Assembly: GCA_022824545.1 (NCBI GenBank)
Contig: JAJDZR010000271.1
Coordinates: 1 to 52,136 of the forward strand
Length of the DNA: 52,136 nt
Direction: 5' to 3'
Origin: Chloroflexota bacterium
GTDB lineage: Bacteria > Chloroflexota > UBA11872 > UBA12225 > JAJDUF01
In this document: positions 8,047 through 16,261 of the stretch, piece after piece
Layout of the letters: each line of letters starts with the position of its first letter
How positions within the stretch are numbered: position 1 is the stretch's first letter
Position numbers and translations under genes: made by a program
The notes under the pieces: model-generated
Told to the model about the DNA's origin: nothing
The model's database searches: none
The model's input: the letters and a program-made list of their open reading frames with translations, nothing else

Positions 8047-8979
8047 ATGGCACGGTATACGCAGGTGGCAACGGTTTCTTGGCGTGGTGGAACCGCCGGC
8101 GCGACGCCGGAGGAGAAGATCGCGGCCAATCGTGCCGGCCAGCTAGAGTTGGTCGAGCGCGCTTGTCTCGACCGGCCCGATTTCGTCTGCATGACCGAGG
8201 TCATTACCTGGTACGGGTTGGGCAAGGAGCACCTATCGCTCATCGCCGAGCCGCTCGACGGTCCCACCGTCCGGACCTTCGCGGAAGTGGCCCAGCGGCA
8301 CGCTTGCTATGTTGTTGTTCCAATCTACACGCAGGAAGACGGCCGTATCTTCAACTCCCAGGTGCTGCTCGACCGGCGCGGCGAGATCGCTGCCGCCTAT
8401 CACAAGATTCACCCGACGATTGGCGAAATCGAGATGGGGGTCACGCCGGGGACCGAGCCGGTGGTCGCGCACACCGACCAGGGCCGGGTGGGCTTTGCGA
8501 TCTGCTTCGATCTCAACTTCCGGGACGTGGCGGAAGGGAACGCGGCAGGTGGCGCGGAGCTAGTGTTTTTCTCCTCCATGTACCCCGGCGGACTACAGCT
8601 GCAAATCTGGGCGCACGACTTCGGAGTCTTCATCGCCTCGGCTACGCCCGGCGACCGGGCGCGGATCGTGGACCCGCTGGGGCGCGTGCTGACCGAGTCG
8701 GATGCGACGTATAACCCGATCCTATCCAAGCGGCTGAACCTGGACTATGCCGTCATGCACCTCTCGGAGAACTGCGCGCAGTTCGAGGCGATCAAGCGGA
8801 AGTACGGCGCGGGGATCGAGTTGGACGTGACGCGGCCGGAGGCGATCTTCTGTATGTACTCGCACCTGCCCGACGTGACCTGCGAGGATGTCATCGGGGA
8901 GTTCGAGTTGGAGCTGCGGACTCGCTACTATCGCCGCGCCAACCATATCCGCGCCGCGGCCCTCCCGCGCCGTAAGTAG
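8047..8979 (+). CDS. Carbon-nitrogen hydrolase family protein
   Basis: SD gggggagg with ATG at 8047. E-K-C context: FVCMTEV, YHKIHPT, GFAICFD. Confidence 0.8.
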   Translation: MARYTQVATVSWRGGTAGATPEEKIAANRAGQLELVERACLDRPDFVCMTEVITWYGLGKEHLSLIAEPLDGPTVRTFAEVAQRHACYVVVPIYTQEDGRIFNSQVLLDRRGEIAAAYHKIHPTIGEIEMGVTPGTEPVVAHTDQGRVGFAICFDLNFRDVAEGNAAGGAELVFFSSMYPGGLQLQIWAHDFGVFIASATPGDRARIVDPLGRVLTESDATYNPILSKRLNLDYAVMHLSENCAQFEAIKRKYGAGIELDVTRPEAIFCMYSHLPDVTCEDVIGEFELELRTRYYRRANHIRAAALPRRK

Positions 8980-9053
8980 GGGCCGCGCCTCACGTCCCGT
9001 CCCCGGAAACGATCATCCCATCGCCGCTCTGTGCTAGAGTAGGACAGCGGCTA

Positions 9054-9194
9054 CTCAGTACCAATGAGTTGCACGCCGGTGTCCCAGTGCTGCTGCCGCG
9101 AGGTGGTGGGAGTGGTGTATCTGTGCCCCCTCACGGTCAGCACTGGGATAGTGCGGTTCATTGGTACTGAGCCACAATCCCGACCGTGAGGGAG
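9054..9194 (+). promoter_or_regulatory. Structured 5' leader candidate: long imperfect inverted repeat plus a possible SD-sequestering pairing
   Basis: ctcagtaccaatga...tcccagtgctg (9054-9092) pairs with cagcactggga...tcattggtactgag (9138-9171). ccctcacggtc (9128-9138) is complementary to gaccgtgaggg (9182-9192), which overlaps the SD GAGGGAG of the 9202 ORF. Confidence 0.3.
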
Positions 9195-9201
9195 CTTCCT
9201 T

Positions 9202-9723
9202 GTGGATCAGATACCGTGGCTACTCATCGCCTTCATTGGATTTTTGCTCCTGCTGTTCCTACTCCGGGTGCTCGGATCGCCCTCGAATGACATTGAGGAT
9301 GAACTCGAGCAACTACAGGGGTATCGGAGAAGAGTTTCGCCACCCACCACCGAGCCAATAAGTACCTCGCCCAAGGACTGGAGCCGGCGCCAGCACCGCC
9401 TGGCGCATATGGGTGCGCCCTCGCCAGGTGCGCGGCAGCCAGTATGGCTGGCGAGGGCACGGCAGGAAGCTGGTATTCAGCGACCACCGGTGGATCACGC
9501 GAGCTCAGTGCAAGCGGTGGTGAACTCTGCTACCGCGAGCAACCAGCAGCGGAAGCACCGCCCCACGCTGCGCGTAGGGGTATACGGCCACCCTCCCTAC
9601 GACGATGACGCAGACCGGGAAGCAGAGATCGGAATGTCGCTTGCAGAGGAGTACCCCCCTGACGAGTATTTCCATGACACGGACTGGGATGACCACGACG
9701 TGGATTGGGGAGAGACAAAATGA
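9202..9723 (+). CDS. Hypothetical membrane-anchored protein: one N-terminal TM helix, a low-complexity middle, and an acidic D/E/W-rich tail
   Basis: GTG start 7 nt after GAGGGAG. TM helix IPWLLIAFIGFLLLLFLLRVL. Lies in a visibly lower-GC stretch. No family recognised. Confidence 0.5.
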   Translation: MDQIPWLLIAFIGFLLLLFLLRVLGSPSNDIEDELEQLQGYRRRVSPPTTEPISTSPKDWSRRQHRLAHMGAPSPGARQPVWLARARQEAGIQRPPVDHASSVQAVVNSATASNQQRKHRPTLRVGVYGHPPYDDDADREAEIGMSLAEEYPPDEYFHDTDWDDHDVDWGETK

Positions 9724-9905
9724 CAGGGATTGGAGATAACGCCAAATGTCAGGTCGAGCTTGCCTTCATGCGAAGGTTGCTCGACGACTACAGCACATCT
9801 CGCAAAGAAGGTGACAACTTCCAGGGATAAATTCGGAAACACGACGTACCGTGTCTTGACTAGACAAACTGACCCACGGCCGAGAGTCACGAAAGGGGAC
9901 TGCTC

Positions 9906-10286
9906 ATGACTGACTACCATCAGCAGGACGTAGCCCTGCTCGGAGGTCACTGGGAACGGCAGATGCACGATGCCATCACTGCCTGGAATGCTGTTGCTGC
10001 TAGACTGGGCACTCGTATCCAGTCACCGCCAGGCAACCATCTCTTGACAATCAGGCAGCGCATCGAGGCTTTGGACCAGGAGATGAAACAGCCACCAGCC
10101 TATATCAAGCCTCCAGAGGTATGGGGTCGGCTTGACAAGGGACTAGAAACCCAGATTCAGGTACTTGATGACATTCTCCGCAGCCCAAACCCAATAGCCT
10201 GGCTAGAGCGCCTAATCGAAGAAGACTCTGCGTCTCACGCTCACGCATTCGCTTCATCACCGGACGCCAGCGAGCATGAGCAATAG
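9906..10286 (+). CDS. Hypothetical protein, predicted helical, no family recognised
   Basis: ATG preceded by aaagggga. Lower-GC codon usage than the flanks. Confidence 0.45.
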   Translation: MTDYHQQDVALLGGHWERQMHDAITAWNAVAARLGTRIQSPPGNHLLTIRQRIEALDQEMKQPPAYIKPPEVWGRLDKGLETQIQVLDDILRSPNPIAWLERLIEEDSASHAHAFASSPDASEHEQ

Positions 10287-10520
10287 CCCAGTAGACCCTC
10301 TCCGAGACTTTGCTTAGGTTCAGGTGCGCTGGTGGTTCGAGAAGATCATGGCAAGGCGGCTATGAAACAGGCGCAGGGGTATTCCTAAATCAGTTGAGGA
10401 AGTGGAGGATAGAGGAAAACGATTGATAGAACTAGCTAGAGAAGAATGGTAGTGATGTACCAACATCACAATAGCAGCGAGTGGGCCGAGCAACTTGCTG
10501 GCCGCTATTAGGGAGTGGTC

Positions 10521-11336
10521 ATGGGCGAGTTCGCTGAACTCAGCCAAGAAGTCCGCGACATTTGGGACCGCAATGCCGCGTTCTGGGATGAGCGGATGGG
10601 CGAGGGCAACGACTGGCACCGGCAACTGATCGCGCCGGCGCAGGAGCGCCTGCTGGCATTGCAACGGGACGAGTTGGTGCTGGATGTTGCCTGCGGCAAT
10701 GGCCAGTTCGCGCGTCACATGGCCCGTCTCGGCGCACGGGTTCTTGCCTCGGACGTGGCTCCGCAGATGATCGAGCATGCGCGGGCACGGACTACCGAGC
10801 AGGCCGACCGCATCGAGTATCGCGTGCTCGACGCGACAAGCCGCGAGCAGCTGCTCGCCCTGGGAGAGCAACGCTTCGACGCTGCGGTGTGTACGATGGC
10901 GCTAATGGACATGGCCGCTATCGAGCCACTGCTGGCAGGGTTGAGCCGGCTGCTAAAGGTCGGTGGGCGGTTCGTGTTCTCGGTGCCCCATCCCTGCTTC
11001 AATGCCGCCGCCCCCCGCATGAGGAAGGCGGTGGAGATTGAGGAGCGGGACGGCGAGCTTGTCGCGGAGTATGCGATCAAGGTCTCGTCGTATATCCGAC
11101 CAGCCGCGGCGAAGGGGGTAGCAATGTTCGGCCAACCGGCGCTGCAATACTACTTCGAGCGACCGCTCAGTCTCCTGTTCGAGACATGCTTCCGGGCGGG
11201 CTTTGCCCTCGATGGCCTGCTCGAGCCGGTCTTCGAGCTGCCGCCGCGACCGGAGCGGCCCGGTAGCTGGGAAAATTACCCGGAAATCCCGCCGGTGCTC
11301 GTGGCCCGGATGCGGCTCCTGCCGTCGAGTTCGTAG
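10521..11336 (+). CDS. Class I SAM-dependent methyltransferase
   Basis: Motif I VLDVACGNGQFARHMARLGARVLASD. SD agggag 5 nt before the ATG at 10521. Confidence 0.85.
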   Translation: MGEFAELSQEVRDIWDRNAAFWDERMGEGNDWHRQLIAPAQERLLALQRDELVLDVACGNGQFARHMARLGARVLASDVAPQMIEHARARTTEQADRIEYRVLDATSREQLLALGEQRFDAAVCTMALMDMAAIEPLLAGLSRLLKVGGRFVFSVPHPCFNAAAPRMRKAVEIEERDGELVAEYAIKVSSYIRPAAAKGVAMFGQPALQYYFERPLSLLFETCFRAGFALDGLLEPVFELPPRPERPGSWENYPEIPPVLVARMRLLPSSS

Positions 11337-11514
11337 CCAGCCGCGCTGTTCCCCCGTCCTCTTCCGTCGGAAGGAGGCGCAACGTGGCCGGTGTAGCCAC
11401 GCATCGCCTGCCTCTGCTACAATGCGGCGCAGACGAACATCTGTTCAATCACCGCCGTCGCACTGCTCTCCTCGCCACTTGTGCGGAGCGGGTGCGGCGC
11501 ATTGACAGCAACCA

Positions 11515-13800
11515 ATGAACCTCGATCAGCTACTCAACCGGTTACGGGAGACGCCCTCTTTCCGCGACAACCTGACCGCCTGGCGCTTGGAGCCGCCGCG
11601 GGCGGCGGCGTATGCCGCGTGGCCGGCGGGCCTCGATCCACGGCTCACGACAGCGCTGGAACGCCGGGGCATCGGCCGTCCCTATACCCATCAGGCGTCC
11701 GCTATTGAGGCGATCCTGGACGGCCGTGATGTTGTCGTGGTGACGGCGACGGCGTCAGGAAAGACGCTCTGCTACAACGTGCCGGTACTCCAGTCCATTC
11801 TCGATGACGATGCCAGCCGGTCGCTCTATCTGTTTCCGACCAAGGCGCTGAGTCAGGACCAGTACAGCGAGCTACACGGTCTGATTGAGACGTTGGGACT
11901 GGACATCAAGACGTACACCTACGATGGCGATACGCCTGGCAGTGCGCGGCGAGCGGTGCGATTGGCCGGGCATATCGTCATCAGCAACCCGGACATGCTC
12001 CACACCGGCATCTTGCCGCAGCATACGAAATGGCAGCGCCTCTTCGAGAATCTGCGCTACATCGTCATTGACGAGCTGCATCACTATCGCGGCATCTTTG
12101 GGAGCCACGTCGCCAACGTTCTGCGCCGGCTGCTGCGAGTGTGCGCCTTCTATGAGTCCACACCTCAGATCATCTGCTGCTCGGCGACCATCGCCAATCC
12201 GGCGGAGCTGGCCGAGTCACTGACCGGCCGACCCTTCGAGACGGTTGAAAACGATGGCGCTCCGCGCGGTGGCCGTCATTTCATCTTCTACAACCCGCCC
12301 GTCGTCAACCAGCAGTTGGGCATTCGCAAGAGCGCCGTCACCGAGGCGGCGAGTCTGGCCACGCAGATGTTGAGCAATGACATTCAGACGATCGTCTTTA
12401 CACGCTCGCGTGTCCGCACCGAGGTGCTGCTGTCGGCGATCCGGCGCCGCTCCAAGCTGCCCAATGACCAGGTGCGGGGCTATCGCGGTGGCTATCGGCC
12501 CTTGCAGCGCCGCGAGATCGAGCGTGGCTTGCGCTCCGGGCAGGTCCGTGGCGTCGTGGCGACGAATGCGCTGGAGCTAGGCATTGACATCGGCCACCTC
12601 GACGCGGCCATCCTGTGTGGGTATCCGGGCACGATTGCCAGCACGCGGCAGCAGTCCGGCCGCGCGGGACGGCGTGCGACGACCAGCGCCGCCATCTTTG
12701 TGGCCTCATCGTCGCCGCTGGCGCAGTTTGTCGTCACGCATCCCGATTACTTCTTTGCACGTTCGCCGGAGCATGGGCTGGTCAATGCCGACAACCTCTA
12801 CCTCCGCATGAGCCATCTCGCCTGCGCCGCCTTTGAGTTGCCGTTCGAGGACGATGAGCAGTTCGGCGCCGAGGGCACTGGGCGGGCGCTCGCGCAGCTG
12901 GAAGACGCGGGTGTGCTCCAGCACGAGGGGGCGAGCTGGTATTGGACCGGTGAGGACTATCCGGCCGAGGCTGTCAGCCTGCGCTCAGCTCAACGCGAGA
13001 ACGTCGTGATCGTAGATGTCACCGCGCCGCAGCCGCAGGTGCTCGGCGAGTGCGACCCCTTCAGCGCGCCAATGCTCGTGCATGAGGACGCGATTTACAT
13101 ACATGAAGGGCAGCAATATCACGTCACCAAGTTCGACTGGGAGCAGAAGCGCGCCGAGGCCAAACGAGTGAACGTGGACTACTACACCGATGCCGACTTG
13201 AGCTTCAACGTAGCCGTACTCCAGGACGAGGGGCGCGACCACGGCGCGGCGCTGGAGCAAGGATATGGTGAGGTGCGCCTGGCGTTTACCTCCACCATCT
13301 ACAAGAAGATCAGAATGCTGACCGGCGAGAACGTCGGCTGGGGCAAGATTGATCTGCCGTCCCAGGAGATGCACACCACCGCCTACTGGACGGCCGTACC
13401 CGAGAAGCTCGCCGCGCAGCTCGGTAGCCAGCGGTTGCAAGGCGGTCTACTCGGCCTCTGCAATCTGCTGGTGAATGTCGCGCCGCTGTTCCTGATGTGC
13501 GACCCGCGCGACTTGATCGCCGTACCGCAGATCAAGAACCCGTTCACTGGCCGGGCGACGATCTTCCTCGCCGACAACTACCCCGGCGGTGTGGGCTTTG
13601 CACGCCAGCTCTTCCAAACCCACCGGCCGGTCTACGCGGCGGCCCGACAGTTGGCGCAGGATTGCGGCTGCGAGGATGGCTGCCCTTCCTGCACCGGACC
13701 GCGCGACGAAATCGGTCCGCAAGGCAAAGACGGCGCGCTACAGTTGCTGGCGGCAGCATTGGAAGACGCGCCTCACCCCCGGTCCCCTCCCCCGGATTGA
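11515..13800 (+). CDS. DEAD/DEAH-box helicase with a C-terminal DUF1998/4-Cys zinc module (MrfA/YprA-like)
   Basis: Walker A TATASGKT, DELH box, helicase C motifs (VATNALELGIDIG, QQSGRAGRR), C-terminal CGCEDGCPSC. Length 761 aa. Confidence 0.9.
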   Translation: MNLDQLLNRLRETPSFRDNLTAWRLEPPRAAAYAAWPAGLDPRLTTALERRGIGRPYTHQASAIEAILDGRDVVVVTATASGKTLCYNVPVLQSILDDDASRSLYLFPTKALSQDQYSELHGLIETLGLDIKTYTYDGDTPGSARRAVRLAGHIVISNPDMLHTGILPQHTKWQRLFENLRYIVIDELHHYRGIFGSHVANVLRRLLRVCAFYESTPQIICCSATIANPAELAESLTGRPFETVENDGAPRGGRHFIFYNPPVVNQQLGIRKSAVTEAASLATQMLSNDIQTIVFTRSRVRTEVLLSAIRRRSKLPNDQVRGYRGGYRPLQRREIERGLRSGQVRGVVATNALELGIDIGHLDAAILCGYPGTIASTRQQSGRAGRRATTSAAIFVASSSPLAQFVVTHPDYFFARSPEHGLVNADNLYLRMSHLACAAFELPFEDDEQFGAEGTGRALAQLEDAGVLQHEGASWYWTGEDYPAEAVSLRSAQRENVVIVDVTAPQPQVLGECDPFSAPMLVHEDAIYIHEGQQYHVTKFDWEQKRAEAKRVNVDYYTDADLSFNVAVLQDEGRDHGAALEQGYGEVRLAFTSTIYKKIRMLTGENVGWGKIDLPSQEMHTTAYWTAVPEKLAAQLGSQRLQGGLLGLCNLLVNVAPLFLMCDPRDLIAVPQIKNPFTGRATIFLADNYPGGVGFARQLFQTHRPVYAAARQLAQDCGCEDGCPSCTGPRDEIGPQGKDGALQLLAAALEDAPHPRSPPPD

Positions 13801-13857
13801 GCTACCAGGGGAGAGAATAGACCGTCCCCCTGCGAAGAGGGGGGGGCCATAGGGTGG
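13768..13857. repeat. Composite GC-rich palindromic repeat cluster overlapping the last 33 nt of the helicase CDS
   Basis: Head motif GCGCCTCACCCCC (13768-13780), tcccct...agggga hairpin (13783-13812), gtccccctgcgaagaggggggggccataggg (13824-13856). Confidence 0.6.
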
Positions 13858-14007
13858 CTAACTAGGACGCCAGGCTGTTGGTATGGCGTGTGTACTGCCG
13901 TCCTCGCGCAGCCGTCACAATGCAGATCACGAACCTGGAGTGGCGCGGTAGTCTTTGCCATACCAGCTACTTACCGACACAGTATTGCCGCTACCCTATT
14001 TCCCGCC

Positions 14008-14274
14008 ATGAAGGATGATTCGCGTACTGCGACGCGCACGCCCAGCCGCCGCCGGCGCCGGCTCCAAACGATGCTGCGCTGGCAGGCGCTCGGCACGCGG
14101 CTGCTCGCGCTGCTGGCAGTGGTAGTGCTGCTCGGTGGCGGAGTAGCCTGGCTGATACGCGGCACCGGCAACCCGTTCATCGGGATCATGTTCCTGGTCT
14201 TGGGCCTCGTCCTCGTTGGCACGGTGATACTGTTCCTGCAAGTGCTACGGGTGATCGGCGGGCAGGAGCGGTGA
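14008..14274 (+). CDS. Small hypothetical membrane protein: Arg-rich N-terminus and two TM helices
   Basis: MKDDSRTATRTPSRRRRRLQ..., then LLALLAVVVLLGGGVAWLI and IMFLVLGLVLVGTVILFLQVL. The start is chosen within the longer track ORF. Confidence 0.4.
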   Translation: MKDDSRTATRTPSRRRRRLQTMLRWQALGTRLLALLAVVVLLGGGVAWLIRGTGNPFIGIMFLVLGLVLVGTVILFLQVLRVIGGQER

Positions 14275-14426
14275 GCGCGGTCGGTACTCTCTACCGCCCG
14301 GCGAGGCGGCAGTACCGCAAACGATGGGGTAGACTTGGGCCGCTGGCCCGGGCCAGGGAGACTTGATGAACCACACCGCGATGTGCGGATGCAGTGCCGG
14401 AGATGCTTTCAGTTGGGAGCAGTGAC

Positions 14427-15695
14427 ATGATTACCTCGCTCCGGCTCGTCAATTTCAAGAACTTTGCCGATGAGACCCTCCCCGTTGGCCCATTCACGGT
14501 GATCGTGGGCACGAACGCCAGCGGCAAGAGCAATATCCGTGACGCCTTCCGATTCCTGCATGGCATCGGTCGCGGCTATACGCTGTCGGAAATTTTCGGT
14601 GGAAAGTACGGTCCCGGTGGCCAGCTGGAGTGGGCCGGTATTCGCGGCGCAACGAACGAGATCGTCCGCTTCGGGCAACCGGGTTTCTCGATTGAGGTTG
14701 AGGCAGATCCGTTCATTTATTCGATCACGGTTGGTGATGATCGGAAGAGTCCGGATCTATTTCGGGTCGAGAGAGAAGAGCTTAGAGTAAAGTATCGTCC
14801 GATTTACACGAGCCACCCGGGTGTTGGTGACCCTGTTCATGCACAACGTGACGATAGATACCTACTACTTCGCATGGCAAGGACCGGGGAGAAAAGGAAG
14901 TACGGCCATCGAGTCCAGGTGAGGTGGGATCAACCCGCACTAACCCAACTCCGGGATCACCGAAAGGTAGTGCGAGATCATAAGGTTCTCGCCGAATTTG
15001 TGATCAATGGTTTTGCCAATGCACGCTTCCTTGATCTTGTACCGGACCTTATGCGACAGCCCGCTTTCCCCGGCCAAATCATATTGGGCGACAGCGGCGA
15101 GAACTTGCCGACAGTGCTGCGGGAGATCTGCGCCGATCCGCAGCGCAAGGAAACGCTGGCCGCGTGGACCCGCGAACTGACACCGATGGACGTGCGGGAC
15201 TTCGAGTTTCCGACTGACCCGATCACCGGCCGAGTCCAGCTCGTTATTCGGGAAGCGAACGACCGAGCGGTATCCGCATACGGTGCTTCGGACGGCACGC
15301 TGCGCTTTCTCACCACGCTGGCTGCGCTGCTGGGCAAGAACCCGGCCGGTCTCTATTTCTTCGAGGAGATTGACAACGGCATTCATCCTTCGCGGATGCG
15401 GCTGTTGATTGACCTGATCGAAGGACAAACTGCAAAGGGTGAGAGTCAGGTGGTCACTACTACGCATTCACCTGACCTGCTGGCGTTGGTCAACGACAAG
15501 ACGTTTGAGACTACCTCCGTCGTATACCGTGATGAAGACTCGGCTGACGGCATAATTCGCCCCGTGGCGAAACTGCCCAAAGCCCGAGAGCTACGGCGGA
15601 GCCAGGGCCTCGGACGCCTGCACACAACGGGCTGGATGGAAGACATACTCGCCTTCTCGGAGGAGGCAAACAAAGACGGGGAGAATGGAGAGTGA
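14427..15695 (+). CDS. ABC/SMC-like AAA ATPase (AAA_15/AAA_21 type)
   Basis: N-terminal LRLVNFKNF, Walker A GTNASGKSN, signature-like ASDGTLRFL, Walker B LYFFEEIDNGIHP, H-loop TTTHSPDLL. Visibly lower GC than the flanks. Confidence 0.85.
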   Translation: MITSLRLVNFKNFADETLPVGPFTVIVGTNASGKSNIRDAFRFLHGIGRGYTLSEIFGGKYGPGGQLEWAGIRGATNEIVRFGQPGFSIEVEADPFIYSITVGDDRKSPDLFRVEREELRVKYRPIYTSHPGVGDPVHAQRDDRYLLLRMARTGEKRKYGHRVQVRWDQPALTQLRDHRKVVRDHKVLAEFVINGFANARFLDLVPDLMRQPAFPGQIILGDSGENLPTVLREICADPQRKETLAAWTRELTPMDVRDFEFPTDPITGRVQLVIREANDRAVSAYGASDGTLRFLTTLAALLGKNPAGLYFFEEIDNGIHPSRMRLLIDLIEGQTAKGESQVVTTTHSPDLLALVNDKTFETTSVVYRDEDSADGIIRPVAKLPKARELRRSQGLGRLHTTGWMEDILAFSEEANKDGENGE

Positions 15696-16246
15696 ACGTC
15701 ATTGTGATCCCTGAAGACTTTCGCAAGGACCAATACATCCTCAAGCCGCTGTTCTCTCGTCTTTTCAGACGTCTTGGCACCCGTTCCGTAAGAGTTCGGG
15801 TTTGTCAGGACCCTTTGCTTGGGGGTATTGACGAAGCGCTGAAATTGGAGCGCTTGCAGGAAGTCATCGAACGATACCCGATGGTGGATGTTTTCATATT
15901 GTGTGTTGATCGTGATGGAATCGTTCAGAGACGTCAACGGCTCGACCGGATTGAAGAGGAATTCGGATCGTCGTTCTTTGCCGAAAGTGCCTGGGAAGAG
16001 CTTGAGACTTGGGTGTTGGCTGGGCTGGACCTGCCCAGTGAGTGGCACTGGGGCAATGTTCGAGCAGAAGTCGAGGTCAAGGAACATTACTTTGATCCGC
16101 TTGTAGCGCAACGCGGCCTATCCGACTCGCCTGGGGGTGGCCGAAAGGTCTTGGGAGAAGAAGCATCGCGCCGTATTGGTGCTATCCGCCAGAAATGTCC
16201 CGATGATTTTGATGCCTTGGTCCGGCGGCTCGGAGCAGCCGTCTGA
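15692..16246 (+). CDS. Small TOPRIM-like protein (DUF4276-like), partner of the upstream ATPase
   Basis: GTG start overlaps the ATPase stop (GTGA). N-terminal VIVIPEDFRKD (conserved Glu) and FILCVDRDG (DxD) fit a TOPRIM-type acidic site. 184 aa. Confidence 0.65.
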   Translation: MNVIVIPEDFRKDQYILKPLFSRLFRRLGTRSVRVRVCQDPLLGGIDEALKLERLQEVIERYPMVDVFILCVDRDGIVQRRQRLDRIEEEFGSSFFAESAWEELETWVLAGLDLPSEWHWGNVRAEVEVKEHYFDPLVAQRGLSDSPGGGRKVLGEEASRRIGAIRQKCPDDFDALVRRLGAAV

Positions 16247-16261
16247 GCGAGGGAAACGAGA

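Noticed and set aside
11515-13800. Helicase with DUF1998 as a possible Druantia (DruE), DISARM (DrmAB) or Dpd defence component, perhaps linked to the downstream ATPase module
   Set aside because: Its size (761 aa), single-polypeptide DEAD-box + DUF1998 + 4-Cys layout and native GC content fit the widespread MrfA/YprA repair helicase. No methylase, PLD or other partner genes are present. A repeat cluster and a separate small gene separate it from the ATPase module.
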